Below are positions 7,951-19,212 of a stretch of DNA of 56,484 bases, in pieces. Origin of the DNA: Euryarchaeota archaeon UBA106 (GTDB taxonomy: Archaea > Thermoplasmatota > Poseidoniia > Poseidoniales > Thalassarchaeaceae); NCBI GenBank assembly GCA_002502365.1, contig DAOJ01000081.1, positions 562 through 57,045 of the forward strand, given 5' to 3'. Position numbers and translations under genes: made by a program. Every line of letters starts with the position of its first letter. Position 1 is the stretch's first letter. The notes beneath the pieces were generated by a model that did no database searches, was not told the origin of the DNA, and saw nothing but the letters and a program-made list of their open reading frames with translations.

Positions 7951-9915
7951 ATGGCAACCTTAGAGAAGCCAGACAGAGTTTCAATCAAACAACTCGACGA
8001 GTTGACAATCGGAAAAATCGCTGCAGGGGAGGTCGTTGAACGCCCGGCTCAAGTGGTCAAAGAATTAGTTGAAAATTCAATTGATTCAGGTTCAACTCGG
8101 ATTAGAATTGAGATTGAACGAGGCGGTTTTGATAGAATTACTGTAATCGATGATGGCCATGGGATTCCAAAGGATGAACTCCCACTCGCAATAACCCGTC
8201 ACGCAACAAGCAAATTATCCGGCCCCGAAGACCTCGGTAAGATTGAAACGAAGGGGTTTCGAGGAGAGGCTCTTTCATCGATTGGAGCGGTTAGTGAACT
8301 AACTGTAGCAAGTAGAATTGGTCAGGAAGATGGTGCTCAAATCCATGTCGATAATGGAGTAGTTGGAGATGTAGAAGCGGCAGGAATTGCACCGGGTACT
8401 AGAATTGATGTAGTCAATTTATTCCAGAAAGTTCCAGCCCGTCTCTCATTTCAAAGGCGGCCATCAACAGAGACTGCCGCGATTGTTGATGTGTGTGTAC
8501 AGATGGCCTTAGCAGAGCCAAATGCTGGTATCCTAGTCGATGTAGATGGAAGAAAAGTATTGGATTGTCCTCCAGCAAATTCAACCGAAGACCGTCTATA
8601 CGATCTGTTTGGAACAACTTCTGCTGATTTGATTCCACTAAACACCTCATCCGATGATACAAATGCACCCGGTGAAGAACGTTGGAATGGTTGGATTTCA
8701 CCGCCAGGTCTGACTAGAAGTCGATCCGATGACATTCATATTTTAGTTAATGGAAGGCCAGTGGCTGCTGCTCCATTCCTACAATCTGTTAGAAGAGGGT
8801 ATCATACTAGATTGATGGTAGGAAGACATCCCATCGGAGTTCTTTCACTGACACTCCCAGCAGATGAGGTTGATGTGAATGTTCACCCCACAAAAAGAGA
8901 GGTTCGGCTGAAAAACTCATGGCGAGTTTTAGAGCGATTGGAGCGTTCGATAAAATTCACACTTTCTCAAATTTCAACTCGACCGGAATCTAGCGGTGAA
9001 ACCGTTCTTGAAGGAATAGGGGAGAAACAAGGGACACAAATTCCGGTTTCAAATAATGATTTACCACAATGGGCAAGTGCTGTTAATGAAAACCCAACTG
9101 TCCAAACAAGATTTTCTAGCGTCCGTACTAATGTAGAAACTCCTTCTCGTGAAGAATCAAAATCAATTTCTGAATATGTTACTCAACAAGACACCTTGCC
9201 AGGGATGGATACTAACCCAATCGCGCCTTCACTTTCTTCCGAAGAAAGAGAGTTACACCGTCACGCGATTGGTGATTCAATATCTCCACTTGATGAACCA
9301 TTACCCGAGGCTTCGACAATACCTGAACTTCCTGAGATGAGGCCGCTAACCCAGTTGGCGAATTCTTACATCTTAGCGGAGGGCGAAGAAGAATTATTCA
9401 TCATTGATCAACATGCTCTTCATGAGCGTATTCGCTATGAGAGATTACGTGAACAAATGGTTAGTTGGGAAGGCCAGGAGTTGGTTACTCCTGTGTTTCT
9501 CTCTGTTGGCTCAAGACAAAAAGCTGCAGCGGTTTCAGGTCAGTCTATTTTGGAAAGCCTTGGAATTAAATTTGAGGTTCAAAATGAAGGGCTACAAATT
9601 AATGCAGTTCCTGATGTGTTATTAGGTAATGATTCAATTGAAGAATTCCTACAAGATTTACTCATAGAGTTACTGGGCACTGATAATGATAGTGAAGAAA
9701 TTGAAGCGGTAACAAAACTCCGAGATCATGTTGCATTCATGCGTTCTTGCAGAGGTGCAGTTAAGGCGAATGAAGAATTAAGTCTAGCCCAAATGAGACG
9801 ATTGTTACAGGACATGAGAACAGTCCCAAATCCATGGGCTTGTGTCCATGGTAGACCTACGGTTTTGAGATTGACAATGAAACATCTTGATCGCCATTTT
9901 GGCCGTCATGGCTGA
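7951..9915 (+). CDS. mutL: DNA mismatch repair protein MutL, endonuclease-proficient type
   Basis: The track ORF starts at a TTG at 7945. The ATG at 7951 follows GGAGG at 7939-7943. GHKL ATPase N-terminus IAAGEVVERPAQVVKELVENSIDSG. C-terminal DQHALHERIRYE (DQHAxxExxxxE nuclease motif) and ACVHGRPT. Confidence 0.93.
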   Translation: MATLEKPDRVSIKQLDELTIGKIAAGEVVERPAQVVKELVENSIDSGSTRIRIEIERGGFDRITVIDDGHGIPKDELPLAITRHATSKLSGPEDLGKIETKGFRGEALSSIGAVSELTVASRIGQEDGAQIHVDNGVVGDVEAAGIAPGTRIDVVNLFQKVPARLSFQRRPSTETAAIVDVCVQMALAEPNAGILVDVDGRKVLDCPPANSTEDRLYDLFGTTSADLIPLNTSSDDTNAPGEERWNGWISPPGLTRSRSDDIHILVNGRPVAAAPFLQSVRRGYHTRLMVGRHPIGVLSLTLPADEVDVNVHPTKREVRLKNSWRVLERLERSIKFTLSQISTRPESSGETVLEGIGEKQGTQIPVSNNDLPQWASAVNENPTVQTRFSSVRTNVETPSREESKSISEYVTQQDTLPGMDTNPIAPSLSSEERELHRHAIGDSISPLDEPLPEASTIPELPEMRPLTQLANSYILAEGEEELFIIDQHALHERIRYERLREQMVSWEGQELVTPVFLSVGSRQKAAAVSGQSILESLGIKFEVQNEGLQINAVPDVLLGNDSIEEFLQDLLIELLGTDNDSEEIEAVTKLRDHVAFMRSCRGAVKANEELSLAQMRRLLQDMRTVPNPWACVHGRPTVLRLTMKHLDRHFGRHG

Positions 9916-11093
9916 GATAAGGCTAGCAGTTGTTCGATAAATCCAGGATGAGATACTTCACAGATTTCGGCATTAACAATATCTGCGCCGACCTTACTGG
10001 CAAGAATCATTGCTACCATCGCTAGCCTGTGATCCATGTGCGTCTCAACTGGATTTATTGGAGCGGTTGGATTTTGACCGCCAGGAATGGATATTCCATC
10101 CTCCGTCTCCTCTGCATTCAACCCGAAGGCTTGCATCAATTCCACCGTTCTCAGAATTCTATCTGATTCCTTTCCTCTTGCGTGTGCAATTCCGGTTATT
10201 TTTCCTCCTTGTGATAACGCCATCCAAACCGCTGCTGGGGTCACCAAATCACTCGCATCACGCAAATCAACTTCTCCTCCATTAGCTCTATCGATTGCAT
10301 CAAAAGCCAACAAAAGCAAAGGGTCATATGTTGCTAATTCTGTTTGCAATCTTAATTTTTTGTGCAATAATTCTAACAGAATTGCCATAGGGAACAAACT
10401 TAGCTCTGGAGGCACCTCAACTTCACTTGGCGTGTTTACTTTCCAACTTTTGAGTAGTAATTCTGAACTCATTTCAAAGGGACAACCACAAGTCCTTGCA
10501 ATATCGAAAGTTAAACCTAGATATCCTCTGCTAACCGCCTCTCCTATTGCCTTAATCTGAATTTCATTTTCTAGATTTGGGGATGCGAGGATTAGTGCGC
10601 TTAGTGGTTGACTTGATTCGCTAAGATCCACTTCCGCTTCACCGCTCATTTCTCCATCAATTATTGCAGGTAGGGCATCATTATCCACTTCAACATTTAA
10701 CGACCTCAGAACGATACTAAGTTGACTTGTTCTATTTCGGAGTGACTCATCTCCATCTATTCTAATCTCTTCTCCCATTGTTGCGGCAATTGCAGTCAAA
10801 ACTCTTGCAGCAGTACCCGAATTGCCACAATCCAGTGTAATTTTCGGGCTAATCAGCCCTTGTGCGGGAGGTTCAATAAACCAGCCATTTTCTTGTTGAG
10901 CTACCTTCAAACCCATTTCCTTTAGGCAATTTAACATTGAATAAGCATCTTCTCCAGGTTTGTTTTCAAGCTTCAATAAGCAACTGGAATTACTCTGTGC
11001 TATCATTGCCAACCATCGAATAATATGGCTTTTTGATGGTGGTAATCGCCACTCGCGACTGCCAGAGAGGCTCATCTCAGGTATGTTGAGCAC
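9906..11093 (-). CDS. aroA: 3-phosphoshikimate 1-carboxyvinyltransferase (EPSP synthase)
   Basis: PPSKSHIIRWL, LDCGNSGTAARVL and KESDRI motifs. 395 aa with a GTG start at 11093 (alternative ATG at 11075). It overlaps mutL convergently by 10 nt. Confidence 0.8.
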   Translation of the reverse strand: MLNIPEMSLSGSREWRLPPSKSHIIRWLAMIAQSNSSCLLKLENKPGEDAYSMLNCLKEMGLKVAQQENGWFIEPPAQGLISPKITLDCGNSGTAARVLTAIAATMGEEIRIDGDESLRNRTSQLSIVLRSLNVEVDNDALPAIIDGEMSGEAEVDLSESSQPLSALILASPNLENEIQIKAIGEAVSRGYLGLTFDIARTCGCPFEMSSELLLKSWKVNTPSEVEVPPELSLFPMAILLELLHKKLRLQTELATYDPLLLLAFDAIDRANGGEVDLRDASDLVTPAAVWMALSQGGKITGIAHARGKESDRILRTVELMQAFGLNAEETEDGISIPGGQNPTAPINPVETHMDHRLAMVAMILASKVGADIVNAEICEVSHPGFIEQLLALSQP

Positions 11094-11094
11094 A

Positions 11095-11109
11095 GCCTCT
11101 CATAGAGGC
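11095..11109 (-). promoter_or_regulatory. Perfect hairpin just upstream of the aroA start
   Basis: GCCTCT-cat-AGAGGC has a 6-bp stem and a 3-nt loop. It lies between the stop of the upstream gene (11158) and the aroA start. Confidence 0.3.
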
Positions 11110-11157
11110 AAACCAATTCAACCCAGCGATGATAAAATGAGAAAAAATCGCTCCGTC

Positions 11158-12063
11158 TCAAGAGCGAATAACATCACCAAAGTCATCCTCTCCATTCCAA
11201 GATTTTGCTTTTTCATCAATTTCACAGGCGACTAATGTTTCCTCCAAAGTACCTTTCATTTCAATCAGGTTTGCTCGTTCCAGCATCTTTGGGCTTAGAC
11301 CTGGCATCAATATGGATAGGGCCTTTGGAACCCTTTTTGGATAAACTTCATTCACATGTCTCACAATATTTGTTGTACATGTATTTGTTAATGTGTTATA
11401 CCATTCTGGATTTTTTGCAAGTTCATTTGTCCTTCTTAGGTATGATTCAAGCATTCTTCTTTCATTTCCGGGCCCCAGAACTACTGCCTTGAAAAGATGG
11501 GTGACTGAGTGTCTTCTACAGCGAGTTCTAACTCCAATAACGTCCCTCTCTGTGGCCCATACATAGATCAATTCGTATTCCCTAAAGAGCCCCTTGATGG
11601 GGTGGTAAACTTCTCCTTTTTCTCTTCTGACCTCTATCGAACAGGCTAGACGTCTACCATCTTCGAATTGAAAAGAAAGAATTGTATGTGCCATCTGTTT
11701 ATGCCTCGGGTCGAAATATTCCAATGTCAACCAAATCGAATCTACTGTGCTTAAATCGAATTCCTCATCAATCCATCTTTCGTCAAAATCTTTTGTGGTC
11801 CGCCAATTAAAATCACGAATATTTGTTATTTTTGCCAAATCCCCATCAAAATCAATTCTGGCATTTCTTGAATTATCGTTTACCCAAGAACGATCGTTTG
11901 AAGGTCTTAATTTGTGAACTCTAACCCATAAAGCGATCAATAAAATGAATCCAAGTATTACAATTCCCGTGGCCGTGATCGACAGCAGCCCGAGTATTTC
12001 CATATTTGATGAAGAGCAGTCCAGCGAATGAATGATTCTGCGTTCTAAGGTAAATTTACCCAA
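11158..12063 (-). CDS. Membrane-anchored hypothetical protein, DUF4105 (Lnb N-terminal)-like
   Basis: N-terminal TM helix ILGLLSITATGIVILGFILLIALWV. The core AHTILSFQFEDGRRLACSIEVRREKGEVYHPIKGLFREYELIYVWATERDVI resembles DUF4105. This is recollection only. Confidence 0.45.
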   Translation of the reverse strand: MGKFTLERRIIHSLDCSSSNMEILGLLSITATGIVILGFILLIALWVRVHKLRPSNDRSWVNDNSRNARIDFDGDLAKITNIRDFNWRTTKDFDERWIDEEFDLSTVDSIWLTLEYFDPRHKQMAHTILSFQFEDGRRLACSIEVRREKGEVYHPIKGLFREYELIYVWATERDVIGVRTRCRRHSVTHLFKAVVLGPGNERRMLESYLRRTNELAKNPEWYNTLTNTCTTNIVRHVNEVYPKRVPKALSILMPGLSPKMLERANLIEMKGTLEETLVACEIDEKAKSWNGEDDFGDVIRS

Positions 12064-12413
12064 ATCTTTCCTTCGTCGACTTTCGTTTGATAGATTTTCA
12101 AGTCTTTTTTCTTCGACATTTTTCCGACCAGCTTACCGTATGGTGGAAAAATTGGAAAAGGTGCCCAATCAACCAAGTCTCCGGTTTCTAAATTATGTGT
12201 GGTTTGATGGAGGGGGCAACGGATACAGTTCTCATCGGTAACTTTGCCTCCCCATGCGAGAGGCCACCTCATATGTCGACATAGAGCCTCAGTAGCAAAC
12301 CAATTTCCATCCTTGAATCCAAGTAGAATTGGGTTTCCATCAACTATTTTCATTTCCATTTTGCCTTCTTTCCAATTAGCATCAATCACTTCATGCCAAG
12401 GCATTAAAATCAC
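12045..12413 (-). CDS. Small Rieske [2Fe-2S] domain protein
   Basis: CRH...(19 aa)...CPLH gives the CxH / CxxH Rieske ligand pattern in a 122-aa soluble protein. It overlaps the downstream gene by 19 nt. Confidence 0.7.
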   Translation of the reverse strand: MILMPWHEVIDANWKEGKMEMKIVDGNPILLGFKDGNWFATEALCRHMRWPLAWGGKVTDENCIRCPLHQTTHNLETGDLVDWAPFPIFPPYGKLVGKMSKKKDLKIYQTKVDEGKIWVNLP

Positions 12414-12466
12414 TCCGACTCAAATTATTTTCAATTTAACTTTGTGTATTGAAAATTTTGGATTTT

Positions 12467-12553
12467 TGGCGCGGCAGGGGAGATTCGAACTCCCGAGGTG
12501 AAACACCACTGGATTAGCAATCCAGCGCAATGGCCAGGCTATGCGACTGCCGC
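12467..12553 (-). tRNA. tRNA-Ser (anticodon GCU), class II with long variable arm, CCA encoded
   Basis: Minus strand: acceptor GCGGCAG/CTGCCGC; anticodon arm CTGGA-TTGCTAA-TCCAG; variable arm GGTG-ttt-CACC; T arm GGGAG-TTCGAAT-CTCCC; discriminator G followed by CCA. Confidence 0.9.
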
Positions 12554-12599
12554 AGTGTTTCGGCGACCTTAGATTCGGGCTTAAGCCGAGCGGTTGCAA

Positions 12600-15296
12600 T
12601 CATTCCTCTTCACTAGAGGTTTCGGAATCATCATCGCCATCATCAATAAGTTCTGCTGGAAGTCTAGCAACGAAGATAATTTCATCAACATGAGATTTTT
12701 TATCCGAGCCTCTAAGTTCCATTATTCTCGTTCCTTTGGTGACTTTACCCAAAGTTTCCTTAGTTTGTGTTGCAGGCATTCGAATCATCATACCACTTCC
12801 TGTGAGCATGAATAATTGATCAGAAAGGTCAGGAACTTGTCTGACTCCAACTATACTGTCCTCATCTGACAGAGCCATAGTTCGAACACCTTTTGTGCCT
12901 CTGTTAGTCTTCCTATAGCCGTCTCTTTCCATTAATGGTTCTCCACTTTCTGTAAGAACTTCTGATCCATCTTCCTCAGTAACTTGAATCATACTTCCTG
13001 ATCCTAATCGACTACGCTTTGCCATACCAAATTTGGAAATGGTCAGAACACTAGTGTTGAAATCGTCGGTTACTATCATACCGACCACACTATCTCCTGA
13101 TTGTAATTTCATTCCGCTTACTCCTTGGCTAACTCTACCTTGTACTCTTACTGTATGGGTAGTTTGAATTTCACCACTCGAGGGGTCGGTTCTGGTCTTG
13201 ACTTCTGCCGGCAGGAATCTACATGCATAACCTCCTGAGGATACCAGAACTACGTGATCTGAATCAGTTGCAGGCCTAACTTGCACTAATGAATCGCTTT
13301 CACTGGCAAATTTTAGCGCATATTTTCCGTTTCGATTTATTCGCACGTAGTCTGAGAGGTGACTGCGCTTAATTCGGCCTTGGCTCGTAGCGAAAATGAG
13401 ATAGTTTCCTTCAGGATTTTCGATAAGTTCCCTATCCATAGGTAAGATAGAGACAACCTTCTCATCCTCTCTAATTCCCTGTAACAAATTACGGATATGT
13501 GTGCCTCTTCCATATCTGCTTGCAAGAGGGGTTTCCCAAGCCCGTAATCCGTAAACTCTACCTTGATCCGTGAAAATTAGTAATCTGTCTTTGGAAAAAC
13601 AGGTCACAATTGCAGCTGGAGCGTCTTCATCCTTTGTGGCTACGCCCTTGAGCCCCTTTCCTCCTCTATTCTGGAGACGGAACGCTTCGACTGGTAGGTG
13701 TCGGATGTAGTTGTCTTGTGTGAGAGAAATCACCAAAGCGCGTTCTGCTACCAAATCTTCTCTATCCATGGAAAGTGGAGTTGGATCGATGTGACTTCTC
13801 CTTTCATCGCCGTGTTTGTCAACAACTTCCCGAAGTTCAGAAATTAGAATTTCAAGCCTCCTTTTTCGGCTATCTAAAATTGAATTGTATTCCTTTATTG
13901 CATCCTGAAGTTTAGTTAATTCTTCTTCAACTTCCTTTACGTTTAGTTTAGTTAATTGGTATAATCGCCTCTCAGCAATCGCCTTTGCTTGTTTCGCTGA
14001 AAATTCGAATCGCTTAATTTTAGGATATTTTTCCTCTCCTCTTAGGTATGACTCAAATTGGTCACGGGAATCAGAATTCCTTCCAATTTCTATAATTTCA
14101 GTCATTCTTTTTTGTGCTGCGATTAATCCCTCGAGGATATGGGCGCGAGCTTCTGCTTTATTCAGCTCAAATTGAGTTCTTCTCTCAATAACAGTTTCTC
14201 GATGACGAACATAGGTGTGGATGATTGTCGATAGGTCTAATTGAACGGGAGCGCCATTTAGAATCCCCATCATGTTTGCAGAATAAGATTCCTGTAATCT
14301 ACTAGATTGGTATAGTTGATTTAGAATCGCATGAGGGTCTGCATTATTTTTCACCTCGATTACTACTCTTATCCCTTCTTTGCTTGACTCGTCACGAATG
14401 TCTCGTATCCCTTTGATGGTTTCTTTTGTTACAAGGTCAGCAATTCCCTTGAGCATTCCAGCCTTGCGGACTTGATAGGGAATTGAGGTGATGATAATCC
14501 TCTTTCCTGAGGAATCATCTCTTACTTCGGCATCTGAGCGAATGTGAAACCTTCCATGTCCAGTTCGATACATATCGAGAATTCCATCGATTCCATAAAT
14601 GGTGGCTCCGGTAGGGAAATCAGGCCCTTTGAGGTATTCCATGTATTCAATTGCATCAATTTTTGGCGGTGTGTCTAAAGATCGCTTTCGGTCTTCTTCC
14701 ATCACCTTCTCAGTATGGAACTGAACTGCTGCAGCAACTTCGTTTAGGTTATGTGGAGGTATTTTTGTAGCCATTCCAACAGCTATTCCGTCGCTTCCAT
14801 TAAGCAGTAAATTAGGTAGTCTTGAGGGTAAAACTGTGGGTTCAATTTCGCTTTCATCAAAATTAGCAATCATATCGATTGTATCTTTATTGATGTCATC
14901 TAACATGTGTGAGGATAATCGATCTAGCCTACTTTCTGTGTATCGCATTGCTGCAGGGGGGTCTCCATCGATGGAACCAAAATTGCCCTGGCCATCTACT
15001 AGAGGGTAGCGTAGTGAGAAATCTTGAGCCATCCTAACCATTGTGTCATAGAGTGCTTGATCACCGTGTGGGTGATACTTACCCATGACTTCTCCGACGG
15101 ACCTAGCGGATTTGCTGTAACTCTTTTCGTGGGTGTGTCCAGCTTGGTGCATACCCCACAAAATACGTCTGTGAACGGGTTTCAAACCATCTCTAACATC
15201 AGGAAGTGCACGCCCAATAATAACGCTCATAGCATAATTGATGTAACTTTCTTTCATCTCATCGGAGACGAATCTTCTCTGCAAATCTTCGCTCAT
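12600..15296 (-). CDS. gyrA: DNA gyrase subunit A
   Basis: [19 protein letters not shown] and AAMRYTE (catalytic Tyr region), a C-terminal beta-pinwheel region and an acidic tail [14 protein letters not shown]. Confidence 0.97.
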   Translation of the reverse strand: MSEDLQRRFVSDEMKESYINYAMSVIIGRALPDVRDGLKPVHRRILWGMHQAGHTHEKSYSKSARSVGEVMGKYHPHGDQALYDTMVRMAQDFSLRYPLVDGQGNFGSIDGDPPAAMRYTESRLDRLSSHMLDDINKDTIDMIANFDESEIEPTVLPSRLPNLLLNGSDGIAVGMATKIPPHNLNEVAAAVQFHTEKVMEEDRKRSLDTPPKIDAIEYMEYLKGPDFPTGATIYGIDGILDMYRTGHGRFHIRSDAEVRDDSSGKRIIITSIPYQVRKAGMLKGIADLVTKETIKGIRDIRDESSKEGIRVVIEVKNNADPHAILNQLYQSSRLQESYSANMMGILNGAPVQLDLSTIIHTYVRHRETVIERRTQFELNKAEARAHILEGLIAAQKRMTEIIEIGRNSDSRDQFESYLRGEEKYPKIKRFEFSAKQAKAIAERRLYQLTKLNVKEVEEELTKLQDAIKEYNSILDSRKRRLEILISELREVVDKHGDERRSHIDPTPLSMDREDLVAERALVISLTQDNYIRHLPVEAFRLQNRGGKGLKGVATKDEDAPAAIVTCFSKDRLLIFTDQGRVYGLRAWETPLASRYGRGTHIRNLLQGIREDEKVVSILPMDRELIENPEGNYLIFATSQGRIKRSHLSDYVRINRNGKYALKFASESDSLVQVRPATDSDHVVLVSSGGYACRFLPAEVKTRTDPSSGEIQTTHTVRVQGRVSQGVSGMKLQSGDSVVGMIVTDDFNTSVLTISKFGMAKRSRLGSGSMIQVTEEDGSEVLTESGEPLMERDGYRKTNRGTKGVRTMALSDEDSIVGVRQVPDLSDQLFMLTGSGMMIRMPATQTKETLGKVTKGTRIMELRGSDKKSHVDEIIFVARLPAELIDDGDDDSETSSEEE

Positions 15297-15305
15297 TTCA
15301 TCACC

Positions 15306-17301
<1,996 letters not shown>

Positions 17302-17394
17302 GCGTCCACTTAATTTTCTAACAAGGGGAGGTTAATCAATACTCCCTAGTGAGGGTGCTAAAAATTCGTAAATTAGAGGTAAATCTATCGATTC

Positions 17395-17413
17395 ACCCCT
17401 CCATAGGAGGGGT
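17395..17413 (+). promoter_or_regulatory. 8-bp perfect hairpin upstream of aroD
   Basis: ACCCCTCC-ata-GGAGGGGT ends 14 nt before the aroD ATG. Its 3' arm contains a GGAGG sequence. Confidence 0.35.
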
Positions 17414-17427
17414 ATAGCCTAACAAAT

Positions 17428-18270
17428 ATGGTTAAACAGACCTCTCCGGTCGCCGACTCGATGCGAAGACCGACCATCTGTGTAACCCTCTCCGGTTGCA
17501 CAGTTGATGAAATGCTCGCAGATGCAGCCAGAGCTACCGCTGTAGGCGCTGACCTCTGTGAAGTTCGCCTGGACAAACTTTGGGTTGAAGAAAAATTCTC
17601 TGAACCTCAATCCGATAGCGACTCAAAAGAGGAAAAAGATCAGAGAAGGACTACTTATTCAGCACCTGAATACATCCCAAAACCGTTTGATTCAGTTGAT
17701 TTATCTCAGGCGTTAGATGCTTTCAAAGGAGGTATCGATTTACCAGTTGTTCTAACTTGTCGTCCTGAACGGCAAGGAGGCCATTTCTCGGGAACAGAAG
17801 AAGAGAGAATCTCGGTCCTCAGGGCCGCTATCGACAGTGGTGTGAGTTGGATCGATCTCGAGTCTGACATTGATTCAAAAACTCGTACTGAACTAAGAAA
17901 AATTGCTAGTGGTAAAACCAATATCATTTCTTCAACTCATTTCCAAGATGAGCCCAGCAGTGCATCAGAAATTATTTCTGACATAGAGGAAATGTCAGAT
18001 TCTGGTGATATCATCAAAGTGTGCTACATTACCAATGGAAAAAATTCTGCATTAAAGCTCTTTGAAGCTGCATGGATGATTAAAGAATCAGGAAACAAAA
18101 CAGCCATTATGGGAATAGGAGCAGGCGGAGATTGGACTAGAATTCACGCTCCATTACTAAATCAAGAACTAGTTTATTCCACTATGGAGACTGGGTCTCA
18201 TCTCTCATCTCAAGGAAGGATAAACGCATCTGACCTACTTATCGCTTGGGAGATGCTCAATTACGATTGA
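17428..18270 (+). CDS. aroD: 3-dehydroquinate dehydratase, type I
   Basis: ICVTLSGCTVDEML...GADLCEVRLD, VLTCRPERQGG and IISSTHF motifs. It carries an acidic insertion (SDSDSKEEKDQ). Confidence 0.8.
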   Translation: MVKQTSPVADSMRRPTICVTLSGCTVDEMLADAARATAVGADLCEVRLDKLWVEEKFSEPQSDSDSKEEKDQRRTTYSAPEYIPKPFDSVDLSQALDAFKGGIDLPVVLTCRPERQGGHFSGTEEERISVLRAAIDSGVSWIDLESDIDSKTRTELRKIASGKTNIISSTHFQDEPSSASEIISDIEEMSDSGDIIKVCYITNGKNSALKLFEAAWMIKESGNKTAIMGIGAGGDWTRIHAPLLNQELVYSTMETGSHLSSQGRINASDLLIAWEMLNYD

Positions 18271-19212
18271 TTACTGTTCCAGCAAAGGCACCGATTCTTT
18301 CTGTTCCTCAACTGCCTCATTTCCGCTTGAGTGATACCTGGAATGAAGGAGTATTGGAACAATAACACAACTTAAAGGTAGTAATCCAACCAATATGTAA
18401 GCAGTAAACTTAGGCAGAGTTAATCGTTTTTCAACATCTATCCAAACTTGAACAATCATGTCTCCATCTACCGCTGCAGCATCATTAGGTCTGGTATTAT
18501 TCCAACTATCTAATGCAAGAAAGTATTCCGAATCATCACTACTTCCAAAGAAGGAGACAAACGATTTTTTGTCATTATCTAGTGCAGTCGAGAAGCTAGT
18601 AGTTCGTTTATTTTCGTAAGCATGGGTGTCTCTAAATGGAAGGAAAACTACCATGTCACGCCATTCAACCGGGATGAAATCCATAATCTCCTCAGGGGTT
18701 TCGAACTCACTATTCACCATGTCATATTCTTGCTGGTATCGGAACCAATTTGCTGAGTCAAAAAGATACACATCACCCCTAGGGTCATCTGTTGGAGGGT
18801 TATCTGGATCTAAATGAAACTCCACACAAAATGTGTAAGAGTAACCTGTAATTAACTCAAGACGCAAAGCTTGGGAGTGCATTGATGCAAGGTCAATCTC
18901 AACATACAAATCCTCACTTAGTGGCTCAAGTTCTATCTCGGGAGTGGGATTGCCCCACCAATTCCAGGGGTCATCATCAACTTCCACTACCTCGGCAAGA
19001 GTTGAGTTAAATCCAACATCGGGAGATACAGAACAATCGTTTCCTGATGCAACAACTGGGTTTACCGAGACAAGAAGTATAGCAAGCATTGGGGCAAGTA
19101 GCCCTAGGCTAAATCCTCCTGCAAAAATTTTCTGAACGAAATTATTCAATTCAGCGCCTCCGAGTTCTGATGGGGCGGACGTATCCAGACTCTTTGTTCC
19201 TTCTTTCGTCAA
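18271..19212 (-). CDS. Hypothetical bitopic membrane protein (N- and C-terminal TM helices, acidic ectodomain)
   Basis: 313-aa ORF with TM helices GFSLGLLAPMLAILLVSV and FTAYILVGLLPLSCVIVPILL. Its start overlaps the 3' end of the upstream giant gene by 62 nt. No family recognised. Confidence 0.5.
   Translation of the reverse strand: MTKEGTKSLDTSAPSELGGAELNNFVQKIFAGGFSLGLLAPMLAILLVSVNPVVASGNDCSVSPDVGFNSTLAEVVEVDDDPWNWWGNPTPEIELEPLSEDLYVEIDLASMHSQALRLELITGYSYTFCVEFHLDPDNPPTDDPRGDVYLFDSANWFRYQQEYDMVNSEFETPEEIMDFIPVEWRDMVVFLPFRDTHAYENKRTTSFSTALDNDKKSFVSFFGSSDDSEYFLALDSWNNTRPNDAAAVDGDMIVQVWIDVEKRLTLPKFTAYILVGLLPLSCVIVPILLHSRYHSSGNEAVEEQKESVPLLEQ

Noticed and set aside
10087-10560. 157-aa plus-strand ORF (and 10010-10285) inside aroA.
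   Set aside because: It is an antisense shadow of a gene with clear EPSP synthase motifs.
12244-12501. 85-aa plus-strand ORF.
   Set aside because: It overlaps the Rieske gene antisense and runs through the tRNA-Ser gene.
12414-12599. tRNA-Ser as the border of an integrated element or genomic island.
   Set aside because: No integrase, no transposase and no obvious direct repeat of the tRNA 3' half lies nearby. The flanks are housekeeping genes (gyrA, Rieske, aroA). I did not search exhaustively for repeats.
17385-17610. Two 63-aa minus-strand ORFs at the aroD 5' end.
   Set aside because: They overlap the aroD coding start and the hairpin-containing spacer. They have no motifs and are mutually exclusive frames.
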